From assembly GCA_964016885.1 (NCBI GenBank), contig OZ024756.1, positions 41,168,001 through 41,232,000 of the forward strand: a stretch of 64,000 nt of DNA, given 5' to 3'. The notes beneath the pieces were generated by a model. That model searched no databases. It was given only the letters and a program-made list of their open reading frames with translations, and was not told the DNA's origin. This stretch comes from Eledone cirrhosa. Its lineage: Eukaryota. Numbering within the stretch: the first letter of the stretch is position 1; each line of letters opens with the position of its first letter. A program made the position numbers and the translations under genes. Shown here in pieces: positions 39,501 to 53,304 of this stretch.

Positions 39501-40815
39501 CTGGCTGTAGATCACACCATAGCTGCTGAGTGAAAGGGGATCAATTCATAGGAAGTTGATCTCGCCCTGGCTGTAGATCACACCTTAGCTGCTGAGTGAA
39601 AGGGGATCAATTCATAGGAAGTTGATCTCGCCCTGGCTGTAGATCACACCTTAGCTGCTGAGTGAAAGGGGATCAATTCATGGGAAGTTGATCTCGCCCT
39701 GGCTGTAGATCACACCATAGCTGCTGAGTGAAAGGGGATCAATTCATAGGAAGTTGATCTCGCCCTGGCTGTAGATCACACCTTAGCTGCTGAGTGAAAG
39801 GGGATCAATTCATAGGAAGTTGATCTCGCCCTGGCTGTAGATCACACCATAGCTGCTGAGTGAAAGGGGATCAATTCATGGGAAGTTGATCTTGCCCTGG
39901 CTGTAGATCACACCTTAGCTGCTGAGTGAAAGGGGATCAATTCATAGGAAGTTGATCTTGCCCTGGCTGTAGATCACACCATAGCTGCTGAGTGAAAGGG
40001 GATCAATTCATAGGAAGTTGATCTCGCCCTGGCTGTAGATCACACCTTAGCTGCTGAGTGAAAGGGGATCAATTCATGGGAAGTTGATCTTGCCCTGGCT
40101 GTAGATCACACCTTAGCTGCTGAGTGAAAGGGGATCAATTCATAGGAAGTTGATCTCGCCCTGGCTGTAGATCACACCTTAGCTGCTGAGTGAAAGGGGA
40201 TCAATTCATGGGAAGTTGATCTTGCCCTGGCTGTAGATCACACCATAGCTGCTGAGTGAAAGGGGATCAATTCATAGGAAGTTGATCTCGCCCTGGCTGT
40301 AGATCACACCATAGCTGCTGAGTGAAAGGGGATCAATTCATGGGAAGTTGATCTTGCCCTGGCTGTAGATCACACCATAGCTGCTGAGTGAAAGGGGATC
40401 AATTCATAGGAAGTTGATCTCGCCCTGGCTGTAGATCACACCTTAGCTGCTGAGTGAAAGGGGATCAATTCATAGGAAGTTGATCTCGCCCTGGCTGTAG
40501 ATCACACCATAGCTGCTGAGTGAAAGGGGATCAATTCATAGGAAGTTGATCTCGCCCTGGCTGTAGATCACACCTTAGCTGCTGAGTGAAAGGGGATCAA
40601 TTCATAGGATGTTGATCTCACCCTGGCTGTAGATCACACCATAGCTGCTGAGTGAAAGGGGATCAATTCATAGGAAGTTGATCTCGCCCTGGCTGTAGAT
40701 CACACCTTAGCTGCTGAGTGAAAGGGGATCAATTCATAGGAAGTTGATCTCGCCCTGGCTGTAGATCACACCTTAGCTGCTGAGTGAAAGGGGATCAATT
40801 CATAGGAAGTTGATC
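36528..40815. repeat. Minisatellite, ~65 copies of a 66-bp unit
   Basis: Unit gccctggctgtagatcacacc[t/a]tagctgctgagtgaaaggggatcaattcat[a/g]ggaagttgatct[c/t]; the register recurs every 660 bp. Confidence 0.98.
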
Positions 40816-41715
40816 ATAACAACATGATCAAGAATTTTCATTAAATCATGTATCAGTTCTTGTGTTTTGTTAAATTTCACCTTTAATTCAAGGAAATTGT
40901 GAGCCGTAGGTCACATCATAGCTGTAGTGTTACAGATCAGCAGATGACATCAGAAAATGGAGCTAGTTCAGACTCCCAAAGACACCAGGAATGGGGCTAC
41001 TTCAGACTCCCAAAGACTCCAACTATATTTCATAATTAATTATAATTAATTAAGGAATACAGATTGCCCTGTGTAACTATATAATATTTTATGGAAGTAC
41101 TAGAGCGGTGGATTGGCAGAACCGATAGAGCATTGCACATATGCTTAGCAATATTTGGTCTGTTTCTTTACATTCTGAGTTCAAATCCCGCCGAGGTCAA
41201 TATTGTCTGGTGTTGATAAACTAAAGTACCAGTCAAATACTGGGGTCTGTTTTTTCACTATAACCTCCTTCTCTCTTTCTCCGGATAACATTGGATGTAT
41301 TCAGACATGGAAAGGGGATGGGTCCTGGCGGGTTTTAAAATAAAAATGCCCAAGACATGCTGTATGTCACTACACTGCCTCTACGACTCCATCAGGAGTT
41401 ACAGGTCCTTACATACATACACGACAAAATTCAGCTTGCTCTGCAGGCCTGCCACCCCATGGTCGCCCTGCTGCTCATGTAGCCGGAAAAGGAAGAAGAG
41501 AATGCAAACGAAAGATCTGAACTATGTCAGTCGTCTCTCTAAACCTGTTCATATCTTACTTGACAGAAATACTAAACTGTCGTTTACTATATAGCATATA
41601 TATATATATATACATTTCTGTATAGATGTGTGTGTGCATATATATATATATATATATGTGTATGTATGGTGGTGGTGGGGGGGGGGGGGGTATATCTGTG
41701 TGTATAGTTGAACAT

Positions 41716-42353
41716 GTGTGTGTGCTTGCTAAACACACACTCTGTTTATGTGTGAGGTGTGGTGTGTATGTGTGTGTGCTAGCTAAACACACACTCTGTT
41801 TATGTGTGAGGTGTGGTGTATGTGTGTGTGCTTGCTAAACACACACTCTGTTTATGTGTGAGGTGTGGTGTGTATGTGTGTGTGCTTGCTAAACACACAC
41901 TCTGTTTATGTGTGAGGTGTGGTGTGTATGTGTGTGTGCTTGCTAAACACACACTCTGTTTATGTGTGAGGTGTGGTGTGTGTGTGTGTGTGTGTGCTTG
42001 CTAAACACACACTCTGTTTATGTGTGAGGTGTGGTGTGTATGTGTGTGTGCTTGCTAAACACACACTCTGTTTATGTGTGAGGTGTGGTGTATGTGTGTG
42101 TGCTTGCTAAACACACACTCTGTTTATGTGTGAGGTGTGGTGTGTATGTGTGTGTGCTTGCTAAACACACACTCTGTTTATGTGTGAGGTGTGGTGTGTA
42201 TGTGTGTGTGCTTGCTAAACACACACTCTGTTTATGTGTGAGGTGTGGTGTATGTGTGTGTGCTTGCTAAACACACACTCTGTTTATGTGTGAGGTGTGG
42301 TGTATGTGTGTGTGCTTGCTAAACACACTCTGTTTATGTGTGAGGTGTGGTGT
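41716..42353. repeat. Minisatellite, ~12 copies of ~52-54 bp (GT-rich)
   Basis: gtgcttgctaaacacacactctgtttatgtgtgaggtgtggtg... Confidence 0.9.
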
Positions 42354-45300
42354 ATTGAAAACTGAGATCATCCACAGTACACATGTGTTAATGGTAAAAA
42401 TAAATGTTGGTACGTACGGGACCCCATATAAATACTTTGCACACACACACACACACCCTCACACACATACACACACACACTGTGTGTGTGTATATATATC
42501 CATACGGAAATGTGTAGGTATGCACTATATGTAACGTCTGCATATGTATGTGTATATATACACACACAGACACACATACATATATATGTATACACACGCA
42601 CATAGTTATATACACACACAGATATATATATACATGCACTAATATATATACACACACACTTACATATACACACATATATATATACACATACTTACATATA
42701 TATATACACATACTTATATATATATACACACATACACACACACTTATATATATACACACACTAATATATATATACACATTCACTTATATATACACACACA
42801 TGTATATATATATACATATATATATACACACTTATATATATACACACATATATATATATATACACATACTTATATATATACACACATACACACATATATA
42901 TATAACTGCAGAACTGAGTAAGCATATATGTAAGCTGCTAGAAAGGTAAGATCAACAGTTTATGACAACCAGCTCTTACAGGGCAGGTTAAGTGGCAGGT
43001 ATTGTGGTCTTGTACATTATATATATATATATACAAACATTATATAAATATATATATATATATACACGTATATGTTAGAGGAAAGATCAAGAACGTTTCC
43101 TTAATATATATAAGCTATACACACACAGACACTCAGACATAGACATGTACATCTTTGCCTAATTTAGTCCCTCTCACATTCGGTTTTCGGTGCACACTCA
43201 TTCCTGTCTTTTGGCTGCTGATGATGGCGGTGGTGGTTGGGGTGGTGTTGGTGGTTTCTCAGTGTTAAGAACACAAACTCATTGTGACATACCATAACAC
43301 CTTATGATGAAAACATGACAAATACACACTGAGTACTTTGTATACAATATATAATAACATATACACACATAGACACAAGTTATTGTATATATACACACTC
43401 ACAAGAGTTATTGTATATATACACCCACACAAGTTATTGTATGCACCAATACAGTATATTAGTAGCGTACACACATATACACGGTATATGCGGTAGCATG
43501 CAAACATACACTCTAGTTTTTGTGTATAAATATACACACAAGTTATAGAAGAGAGAGGGACACACACACATTATATATATATATATAGAGAGAGGTGAGT
43601 GAGAGAGAAAGAGAGAGATGTATGTGAGAAAGAGAGAGGGATAAAAGTAGAATTGACACCAGTTTTAAACTGGTACATTTTTTATCGACCTTGAAATGAT
43701 GAAATGCCAAGTTGGTCTCAGAAAGCCAGAACTAATACTACAAAGTATTCTGTCCTATGTTCTAACTCTACTAACTGATCATATAGTTTTATTAAATGAT
43801 CTGTGATAGATTAAAGTAGTTAGGCTCTGATTATAAGGAAGATGTGACAAACTGGCTACTTGTAAGAATCACATTTGGTGGCTACCCAGAACCATATTTA
43901 AAATACAACAAAAATGTGGATCCTTTCTTACCTGGCCTAACACCTGAGTTGTTCATGGCCACTTTCCAGATGAGAGATTTTTAACCCTTTACCATTTCTA
44001 TTACTCTATTGTATTTTCATGGTAAACACTTTATCTCACATAATATTGAATCTATGAAATTTTGATATTATTTATTTTGGGAACAATACGTTAACGTCAG
44101 TATGAATGGCTGGTTATGGCCAGTTTGACCAAACAAAGGTGAGAGAATTCTGGCCGGATATGGCTGGTTTAAATGGCAATGGGTTAAGACATGGATGAAG
44201 TGCAGAGGTAAAATAAAGTTGATCAGAGTTGTTAGGAGTCCCCAGAACTGACTCAACAGATAAAGATGATCGCAGTTATTGGGAACCCCCTGATCTGACT
44301 CAGCAAATTATGTGGTTACTTTAAGCCTGCTGATATCAAACCACACAAAACTTCTCATCGTTCTATAATACAAGACTGTTTGTTTTAAAGTGTTTATATT
44401 TATCTAAAAAGAAACTTCCACCATAATTCTATATAAGAACTTTTGTTAAGTTATGTTCCAAACACCAGATAAATAATGAGAAAGTTAGATATATCATTAT
44501 TTATTATTATTATTATATCATGACTCATACACTGTTCATTTTCCTGACATTTGTACATTATTCTATGTACTATACATGCACCTTTGATGAGTTGTAGTGC
44601 ACCTGAGCACTGTACACAATAATTTCATTATATATCATTAAATGTTGCCAAATTCTTGAGTATTTTCAAAATTATTTGAAAATCACAGGCAGTGTATTTT
44701 GTTAGAAATATGATAACAAAAGGGTTAACTTTTATCTCTTTTAATTACATATGCATCTAATTATTTTGAGTAAGTTCCAAAACATAAAACAGAGAAATTT
44801 TTTATTAATATATCTCAAAATATTGTATAATCTTTACCTCATCCATTGTTTTTATAGATTATTCTTTTTAAAAATTTACCCCTACATAATTGTAAACACC
44901 TTTATATACATTCTTATATGAACGGCTCCATCACCATTTGTAAAGGTTATTATTATTACGACTACTACTACTACTATTGTTATTAATTTTATTATTATTA
45001 TAATGCTCATTAAACCATGATTCAATTCTCATGGAATGCTAATGATTATTCCACAGCAGTGAAAGCAAACTGAGTCACCTGCAGATGAGGTTTTGTTCAT
45101 CTCAGGTAAAAAAAACAAAACAAACAAACAAAAACTTCTGTAGAAAATCTCATTGTAATCTCTCAAGATCAGCAAGTCTTGAAAAAAAAAAATGACTGAA
45201 GTTCTCTGCCAGTCTGTCTTTGTTTGCCTGCTTACCTGTCTGTCTATCTGCCCGTCTCACTCTAAAACTTACTTTACGTTGCCAAAAAATGTTCTGTGAA

Positions 45301-45938
45301 GATACACAATTTGTGTATGTGTACGTGTATGTTTGTTTTGTTAAACACTGAAACTTTTGAAAGATATATTGGTTGGACTGGATGTTTTGGGGCAATGTTT
45401 TAGAGCCGGATGCCCTTCATGGTGCCAACCCTTTTTAGTTGCCTCTTAGGACATGAAGGAATATGGTGTGTCTATTGCAAACACTGGAATATACACAGCT
45501 ATGTATCATCATCATCATTGTTTAACGTCCATTTTCCACACTAACATGAATAGGACGGGTTGACCCTTTGGGAGAGAATCAGGTCAAAGAGCTGTATTTT
45601 GCTCACCTGGGGCAAATTTTTGCTTGGTTTCTACAGCTGGATGCTGTTCCTAATGCCAACCACATTTACAGTGTGGGCTGGGTGCTTTTTGTCGTGTCAC
45701 CTCCACAACCACTATATAGTGTGGGCTGGACACTTTTGTCTTGACACCTGGTGAGGGGAAGATATATAAATATACATATATAGAGAGAGATAAATATATA
45801 TATATTGATAGAGATGTGTATTAAAGGAGTAACATTATATAAAACTGTCAAGATTTGTTTTTTATAAAGACAATATCAATTTGAAAATATTATTACTATT
45901 ATTATTTTTATTATTATTTTGATTTTTGGACGTTTATT

Positions 45939-46004
45939 TCATACATCGTAGAATACTTTTGCAACTTGGTAACGAATAAAGAATGCCACCAAACTGCAGA
46001 AAAC
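45939..46004 (-). CDS. DPAGT1: DPAGT1 exon 8
   Basis: [21 protein letters not shown]-stop. Confidence 0.93.
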   Translation of the reverse strand, partial: VFCSLVAFFIRYQVAKVFYDV

Positions 46005-49000
46005 CTGAAAAATAAATAAAGAGTGATTAAGTAAAAGACAAACAATAACATTGGCAAAGGGTCAGCAATTTAAGGGAACAATAGATTATATCAACACCAG
46101 TACGTAACTGGTATTTATTTTATTGGTTTTAATAATACTAACTAGCTTTGGACCTTCTACTATGTAGTTATTTGATCATCTCATTTTAATTTGTGAAACT
46201 TCACCCAAGTTTGCTCTCTGTTATTGTTTTCAGAGACATATCAGGGTGTAGGAGGTTTATCCGGAATTTCTGGGAGGAATTTGTCCAAAGACTTTATATA
46301 TATATATGAGCATTCCAATGATTTGATCAGAGACGCACACTGTATTTAAGGTTGAGTGACGCAATTTCGAGTGATCAGTGGCCTTTAGACTCACCTGATC
46401 AATGAAACAATTGTTAATACTGTAAATAAAACCCTTTTTGTGCAGCTGACCATGTTATTCTTCACTCTTTCACTATATATATATAATTTGTCTTATGATT
46501 TTAAACAAATCATTGCTATTTTTTATTATATTTCCCAAAGAGATACAGCTTAGAGTATAGCATCTATAATGGAGTAACTGAACTGATAATATTTTTTCTC
46601 CACAATTGATGAAATATTCTGGTCACATTGAAACAACCATAGATGTAGAAATAAATAATAATAATATTTATCCTTGGTCTTATTGAATTATGTATATATA
46701 CATAGACACATGTATGTGGCTCCCAGTCCACACTGTAAATGTGGTTTGTGTTAGGAAGGGCATCCAACTGTAAAAAACCTGCCAGAGACACTTCCGTGCA
46801 AGTGAGACACGGTCTCCCGACCATTCCCGCATCAAATGGAACAAAACCGTCTAACTCATGCTAGCGTGGAAGATGGACGTTAAACGATGATGATGATGAT
46901 GTGTGTGTGTGTATATAGACACATGTATGTGTGAAAATAAGAGTAGTGAACTGAACTGACCTGAATGGAGAGGAGAATAATAACGAGAGTTCTCTCATGC
47001 ATTGGACCTGTGTACAGCAACACTAAGTTTAGCAAGGTTAGATTGTTACATTCTACATTGGTTCCTTGGCCATTTTTACCTGTTGTCTGCTTTAGTTGTA
47101 TGAAGCGGAAGAATGCCAACACCTGTAACATTGTCCAGCCAATTACATTGAGTTGACTTCGTTCACAGCTCATGAAACTAATTCCTACTTTATTTACCTT
47201 CGGATCAAATCTGAAAAAAAAAAAAAAAAAATAGAAGTGGATTTTATTCCAGTTTTTAGGATAGGTACACTGTATCCTTGTATGTCGTAAGATGTGACTA
47301 AAACTATTTTGCTCAAGAACACAACATGTCACCCAATCCAGGAATTGAACACACAACCTTATGATCATCAGTCTAGCACCTTAACCACTAGGCCACGAAC
47401 CTTCACAACAATGCAGATGGGACATTAAATGTTAAAAATAATGGCGACAAAGATGTTGGAGTATTATTTTGGATCTGTTTAATAATCCTTAATATTTCGG
47501 GATAAAACCCCCTCCATCACAAGATGCTAAAATATCACTTACTTGGGTAATCTGTGACGTGGGCACGGTATGAAGTGGAAAAGCTGTGGAACTGAGTAGA
47601 GAAAGTTGAAGACTTGAGGAATGAAGAAAAGCAGAAGAGTTTTGCTGAAATGTCCCAGAATAGCAACCACAGCAAATGTCATGCCAGCGAAATAGCAGAA
47701 AGTGTCACCAACAAACACTTCAGCAGGATACCTAGAATTATAAAAATAAATATAATGAGCTTTCAAGGCATAATAATGAAATAATGAAAATTGTTGTGTA
47801 CAGTGCTCCGGTGCACTACAACTCATCAAAGGTGCATGTATAGTATATAGAATAATGTACAAATGTCAGGAAAGTGAACAGTGTATTTCATCCAACATTG
47901 CAGCAATTCTGCCAATCAATCACTCTGGACTTGTATTTTGTTTTATTGATCCTGAAAGGATAAAAAGCAAAGTTGACTTTGGTGGGATTTGAACTCAGAA
48001 AGCCAGAACATGTACAGCAAGACATTTTGTAATGTTTTCTAACAATACTACCAACTCTAAAAAACAAAAAGACAAAACAAAAACCACACCAAACAATAAA
48101 ATAAAAATAAAATTATCCTTACCAATTGTGCCAGAGCAACACAAAACACAGGGCAGTGAATGGTAATAAAAAATATATGGATAGCTCATGAGTGGCAAGT
48201 TGGTTACCTAAAAAAATGGAAAAAAATTGAAATGAAATATTCAGTCCACACCTATGTGTAGGTTTAGCTGGTCACCTATGAGGTTTCACCTCAAAGGTAT
48301 TTTAATGATAGGGGGCCCCCAGTTGTTGTTGTTACAGTTAACACTTATGTAGGTTTAGCTGACCTTTTAAGAGGTTACATCTCATAAGTTTCTCAGATGT
48401 TTTAATGAATCCCCACTCTTACAGCCTGCATCTAGTCTCTGCAGTGTGAAGACTAGGAAGATCATAAATCAGAGTAGTACTCAATAGTGGTTCACCAATA
48501 GATAGAATTGGTCATTCTGTTTAGTTAACCCTGATGTAATAGCAGGAAAAGCACTCTACGTTCTGCAACTTATCCATCATTGGCGTTAAATCCCGTGGTT
48601 GGTGCCGGAACATAACCAGGCCATTGAAATATATATAAGTTTTTGCAATGATAAAACTTAAAAGGGACATCCCCAGTCCTACCTCCTGTTGTTTTAATAA
48701 AATTAATTTACATATATAAACATGTTCAACCCATACCAGCATGTAAAGTGGATATAAAACAATGATGATGATGAAGTAAAAATAAAACTAAAAATTAAGA
48801 TTGTACTTACCCTGAAATATCTCGATACTATTGAAGATTAGGACAGACGCAGCAATTACGACAGACTGACCAACCTCTAAACCATTTACTCCGGATAAAA
48901 TATTAATGGCATTTGTGGAAAACACAGCAAGCATTCCCATATAAACATAATAAAATATATCTGTGAAGTAAAAGAGAATTATATCAAGTGGAATAACGAA

Positions 49001-49554
49001 TGGTAAAAGATGGGCATCAGCATATGTATATATATATATGTATATATATGTATGTATATATATTGTAAGAAACGAAAGGAGCTGTGTGGTTACTGTAAAC
49101 AAAGTTTAAGATGGTAGTATGGACGAAACAAGAGAAGAAAAGAAATCCTTCATCAGCTGTAAAACCGAGATCAAGATGTTTCGGTGCTTAATACAGGATA
49201 TCTAAAAGTGATCAGCGGCGCGCCCAAGGCCTTTTATCGATCAGAAGGCCAGGAGGGAAAGAAAAGGAAAAATATATATATACACACACATATATGGTAA
49301 TCAAATTAACAAGGAGGATGCTCCGAGGCCATAGTATCTAGACAAGATGGTGTAGGATAGAACAAAAGGAGAGACAAAAAAATAAGAAATCAGTCACTGA
49401 GGAGGTCACAGAATGTGTGACGAAAAAGCTTTGACAATATATACACAACCATCTGGTTATTGAGCCAACCAACCAGAAATTTATAATAAATTGAAATGAA
49501 AACCAACAAGTGCATGTGTTTTTATTAGCAGCATGACCCTCCCAAAGTATAATA

Positions 49555-49602
<48 letters not shown>

Positions 49603-49703
49603 AGGAAGTGTGGTAAGGAACCAGGTGGACCATAACGCACCAGAGTACTCAATACTTAGGGTAGTAGTGTGGGTAATAGGAAAATGGGGGTCCTGAACCT
49701 TTT

Positions 49704-49738
<35 letters not shown>

Positions 49739-52222
49739 TTAGGAAGGGCATCCAGCCGTAGAAAACCCGCCAGACAGTCCTATACGAGCAGGACAACCAA
49801 TCTTGCCTCAAGTGGGAAAACTCCCGTCCAAACCCATGCAAGCATGGAAGATGGACGTTAAACGATGATGATGATGATGATATTTTTTTTAAAATAATTT
49901 CAAAAATATAAGAAGTTGTACTCACGTAAGTCCAAGTCAAAACCAATAATTTCTCTGAATGGTTTCGGAACAATGATTTTAGTTCTTCCAAAGTTTGCAA
50001 AATACACCATCAGCAAGGGAAGAGATGCAATCGTTGGAAGCAAGAGCTTTTGACGCCAGCGAAGGTTTAACACATCATCAGCAAATCCGAGAAATATCAT
50101 GCAGCATATTGATAAGAGTGCAGCTAGATATTCTATAAACTGTAACAGAATTACACAGCCATCACACTAAATATATAGTAATAAAACTGATGATGATAAT
50201 GATGAAAACAATTAAAACATGATGATGATGAAAACAATTAAAACAAAACACTAAAATAGTTTAAAGTACGTATTTTACTGGTTGCAGTCATTAGACTGCG
50301 GCCATACTGGGGCATTACATAAAAGAGATTTTAATCAATCTTACTGACCCCAGTAATTATTCCATCAAGCGTGGTACTCATTTTATCAATCTCGTTATTG
50401 CTGGACTGCTAAGTTACGAAAAAGACACAATTGTAAACGACATACACACATATATATATATATATTATAGTTAGTATACTATTCAACCTGGCGAATTCTG
50501 GTCCCTTATAATCTGAACATAGATGTGTATATATCTGTGTTTATCTCTATTATATTGAATTATATATATCATCATCATCATTCATCATTTCATTTGACGT
50601 CCACTTTTCCCTGCTTGCCAGGGTGGGACGGGAACTGATGCTGGCTTGATTTCTACAGCTGGATGCCCTTCCTAACACCAACCTCATTTACAGTGAGTGC
50701 TGGGCACTTTTTTGCTGTGGCACCTCCACGACCACTTTGCAGTGGAATTATATGGACCCCAGTCCCTATCATCTCATTTCTACAGCTGAGTAAACTGGAG
50801 CAATGTGAAATAAAGTGCCTTGCTCAAGGAAACAACACATCACCCGGTCTGAGAATTGAACTCACAATCTTTCGATTGCAAGGCCAATGCTCTAACCACT
50901 AAGCCATGTGCCTCCATATATATATAAACCATTTGACTGTAGGGAGATGGAAGAACTTACTTTGCTGTGAGGAAATTCATTATCTGCTGTTTTAGTGAGA
51001 TGTTTGTAGAAGAGAACAGGAATAAACAAGAACATTACAATCAGAAAGACGGTACCAATAATAACTCCTTGAGATTCAGGACTGGAAGAAGATGGAAAGA
51101 AACACAACAAAGAAACAATAAATAACATAACTAAGAAAACATTTTAATAATAATAATTATTATTTCTACTTTAGGCACAAGGCCAGTAATTACCCCAGTG
51201 CATTACTGGTACTTTATTTTATTGACCCCGTAAGGATGAAAGGCAAAGTTATCCTGGCGGGATAATAAAAATAATAATTGTTTCTACTTTAGGCACAAGG
51301 CCAGTAATTTTGGAGGGAGGGGAAAGTCGATTAAACCATCCAGTGTATTACTGGTACTTTATTTTATTAATTCTGCAAGGATGGCAGTCTAAGTTGACTT
51401 TGGCAGGATTTGAACTCAGAACATAAAGAACCATAACAAAATACTGCAGTACATTCTCATCTTAGAGAGAGAGAGGGGGGAGATAGATAGAAAGAGGTCA
51501 GAGAGAGAGAGAAAAGAGAGGTGAGCGAGTGAAAGGGGGTGAGAGATAGAGAGTGGGGATGAGAAAGAAGGGAGAGAGAGAGAGAGAGAGACTGAGATTC
51601 TATGTAGTAATGTTACCAGCTGTAATATGTAACCAGGAGAGAAATTCAACTTTGTTTCAATTAATTCCTAATTTTAATAATTTTAAGGGATTTTCCTGAA
51701 ATTATTTTATTACCAAGATAGTAACTTAACAAATTGTTCTTATATAAAAACAAACGTTGGAAGGTTTTAATTTAAACAGGAACAATTTAAATTACGTGGT
51801 TTTTACCACCCAGTGCTCACCCACCCATTTAGTGACCAGATAGTTAATGAAAGGTTCTACATAGGTGAAACCAGGTGACAGAGTGGACCACATTAGAAAA
51901 ACACATGCAAATGTTGTTAATAATTAACGTGGAAGTTATAAACAAATTTTATTTACATAAATATTTCATATAATAAACAGAACACGAATTTCAAACGACC
52001 GGCTTGTTTATAATAAAAAAATATATATACATACATACATCTATATATAATAACTTACATTTTCTTGGATTGTTTCTTGCTTAGATCTATACCGAACAAA
52101 TGTGCTTTTATAAACATAGATTTACATTTCAAAAGGATTTTGTGTGCGACAAACATCGCAACAAATGAAAACAGCAAATTTATAGCGAGTGGAAAGATCG
52201 GTGACGAAACACCAGCCTCCAT
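45939..52222 (-). CDS. DPAGT1: UDP-GlcNAc:dolichyl-phosphate N-acetylglucosaminephosphotransferase; 8 coding exons, 412 aa
   Basis: Exons: 52222-52059, 51081-50961, 50139-49926, 48960-48811, 48207-48123, 47731-47543, 47210-46961, 46004-45939 (1239 nt, all GT-AG). Motifs [55 protein letters not shown], and C-terminal FYDV. Confidence 0.97.
46961..47210 (-). CDS. DPAGT1: DPAGT1 exon 7
   Basis: FDPKVNKV...[22 protein letters not shown]...IQ; CAG|GTCAGT donor. Confidence 0.9.
47543..47731 (-). CDS. DPAGT1: DPAGT1 exon 6
   Basis: [31 protein letters not shown]...PCPRHRLP. Confidence 0.95.
48123..48207 (-). CDS. DPAGT1: DPAGT1 exon 5
   Basis: [29 protein letters not shown]; AG/GT boundaries. Confidence 0.92.
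48811..48960 (-). CDS. DPAGT1: DPAGT1 exon 4
   Basis: [30 protein letters not shown]... Confidence 0.95.
49736..49880 (+). mobile_element. Retroposon 3' tail ending in (GAT)n (third family)
   Basis: ggaagggcatccagccgtagaaa...aacccatgcaagcatggaagatggacgttaaacgatgatg; copies at ~45.5k(-), 46.75k, 50.57k(-), 54.12k, 56.3k and 63.51k(-). Confidence 0.7.
49926..50139 (-). CDS. DPAGT1: DPAGT1 exon 3
   Basis: [32 protein letters not shown]... Confidence 0.95.
50961..51081 (-). CDS. DPAGT1: DPAGT1 exon 2
   Basis: [21 protein letters not shown]...FPHSK. Confidence 0.95.
52059..52222 (-). CDS. DPAGT1: DPAGT1 exon 1
   Basis: [20 protein letters not shown]...[13 protein letters not shown]; GTAAGT donor. 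Confidence 0.9.
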
Positions 52223-52485
52223 TTTTGTGTGAATTTATTGCTAGGAATATGAAACTATATGGAAAGCCTGTCACGGTACACATCTAAGACCACTTGACAG
52301 GTACATGAAATATGTCATTGTTGTGTAGTGTAATATCTCTACAGACGTTATAGGACTCCAGACTTAATGTTTTGTTGTACAGTATTTAATTTAATTTGAC
52401 CTCCTATCAGGAGTTCGAATCTAACTTGCGTCGATAAACTAAAAAGCCGTAATATATATATATATATATATAAACGGAATAAGTA

Positions 52486-52523
<38 letters not shown>

Positions 52524-53304
52524 TACTTATAGAATTCACAAGAATCAAAGCTATGTTCAAAGCATTTATTCACTTACAATTGTTTCATCCATATAAGTAC
52601 TTATATATATATATACAATTGTAAACAAATAAATAATTTTTCAAGAATTTAGTTGTATTTTCTCCTACTGTAATATATATATATTTCGTTCTTTGTTTCT
52701 TTACCCTTTCTAGCAGTCTCTCTCTCTCTCTGTTAGCCTCTTCCTCACCTTTCACTCACTCACTCACTCACTCTCTGTCACTACCTCTCCTCCTTCCCGT
52801 TTGACCTGTCCGTAATCCTTTTCACGCGGGTACTTGGTCAAGCCGGTATGAATTTTTTTCTCTCTCTCTCGTCTGCGACTTCACAGAACTTATGTTTACC
52901 GAATTCGCAGACCAGACCCCTTCTTCCTCCCGTTAGACCTGTGCGAAATTCCTTCCTTGCTCACATTTCAACCAGGTTTGATGGTCTTTATTCTCTCGTT
53001 CACGATTCCACCGAATTTATATTTATAGAAATCTGGGACTTGTTTCTTCTTCATCACTTTCTGCTGCTTAAACCATTTTGTCTGTTTACCCTAGCGTCCC
53101 CTTTATTTACGTGTCCCAACGACTTTTTTTAGCCGTTGCTCGCACCAACCTGAGGTATATGGCCTTTAATGCGACGAAATGCCTACGACGGTTGGAAGGC
53201 CACTGATGAGGACAAACTTTTTCATATGTAACCCATTTGCAGCGCCGCAGCTCTATTATTATATATATATATATATATAAAGGTAACGAAGTTCACTGGT
53301 ATTA

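Noticed and set aside
36528-40815. 66-bp array as a CRISPR array or coding repeat
   Set aside because: No unique spacers, no cas genes, eukaryotic context, and stop codons in all six frames.
49140-49200. Type II hammerhead on the minus strand (GAAAC upstream of CTGATGA)
   Set aside because: Stems I and II cannot be formed; treated as an unresolved repeat remnant.
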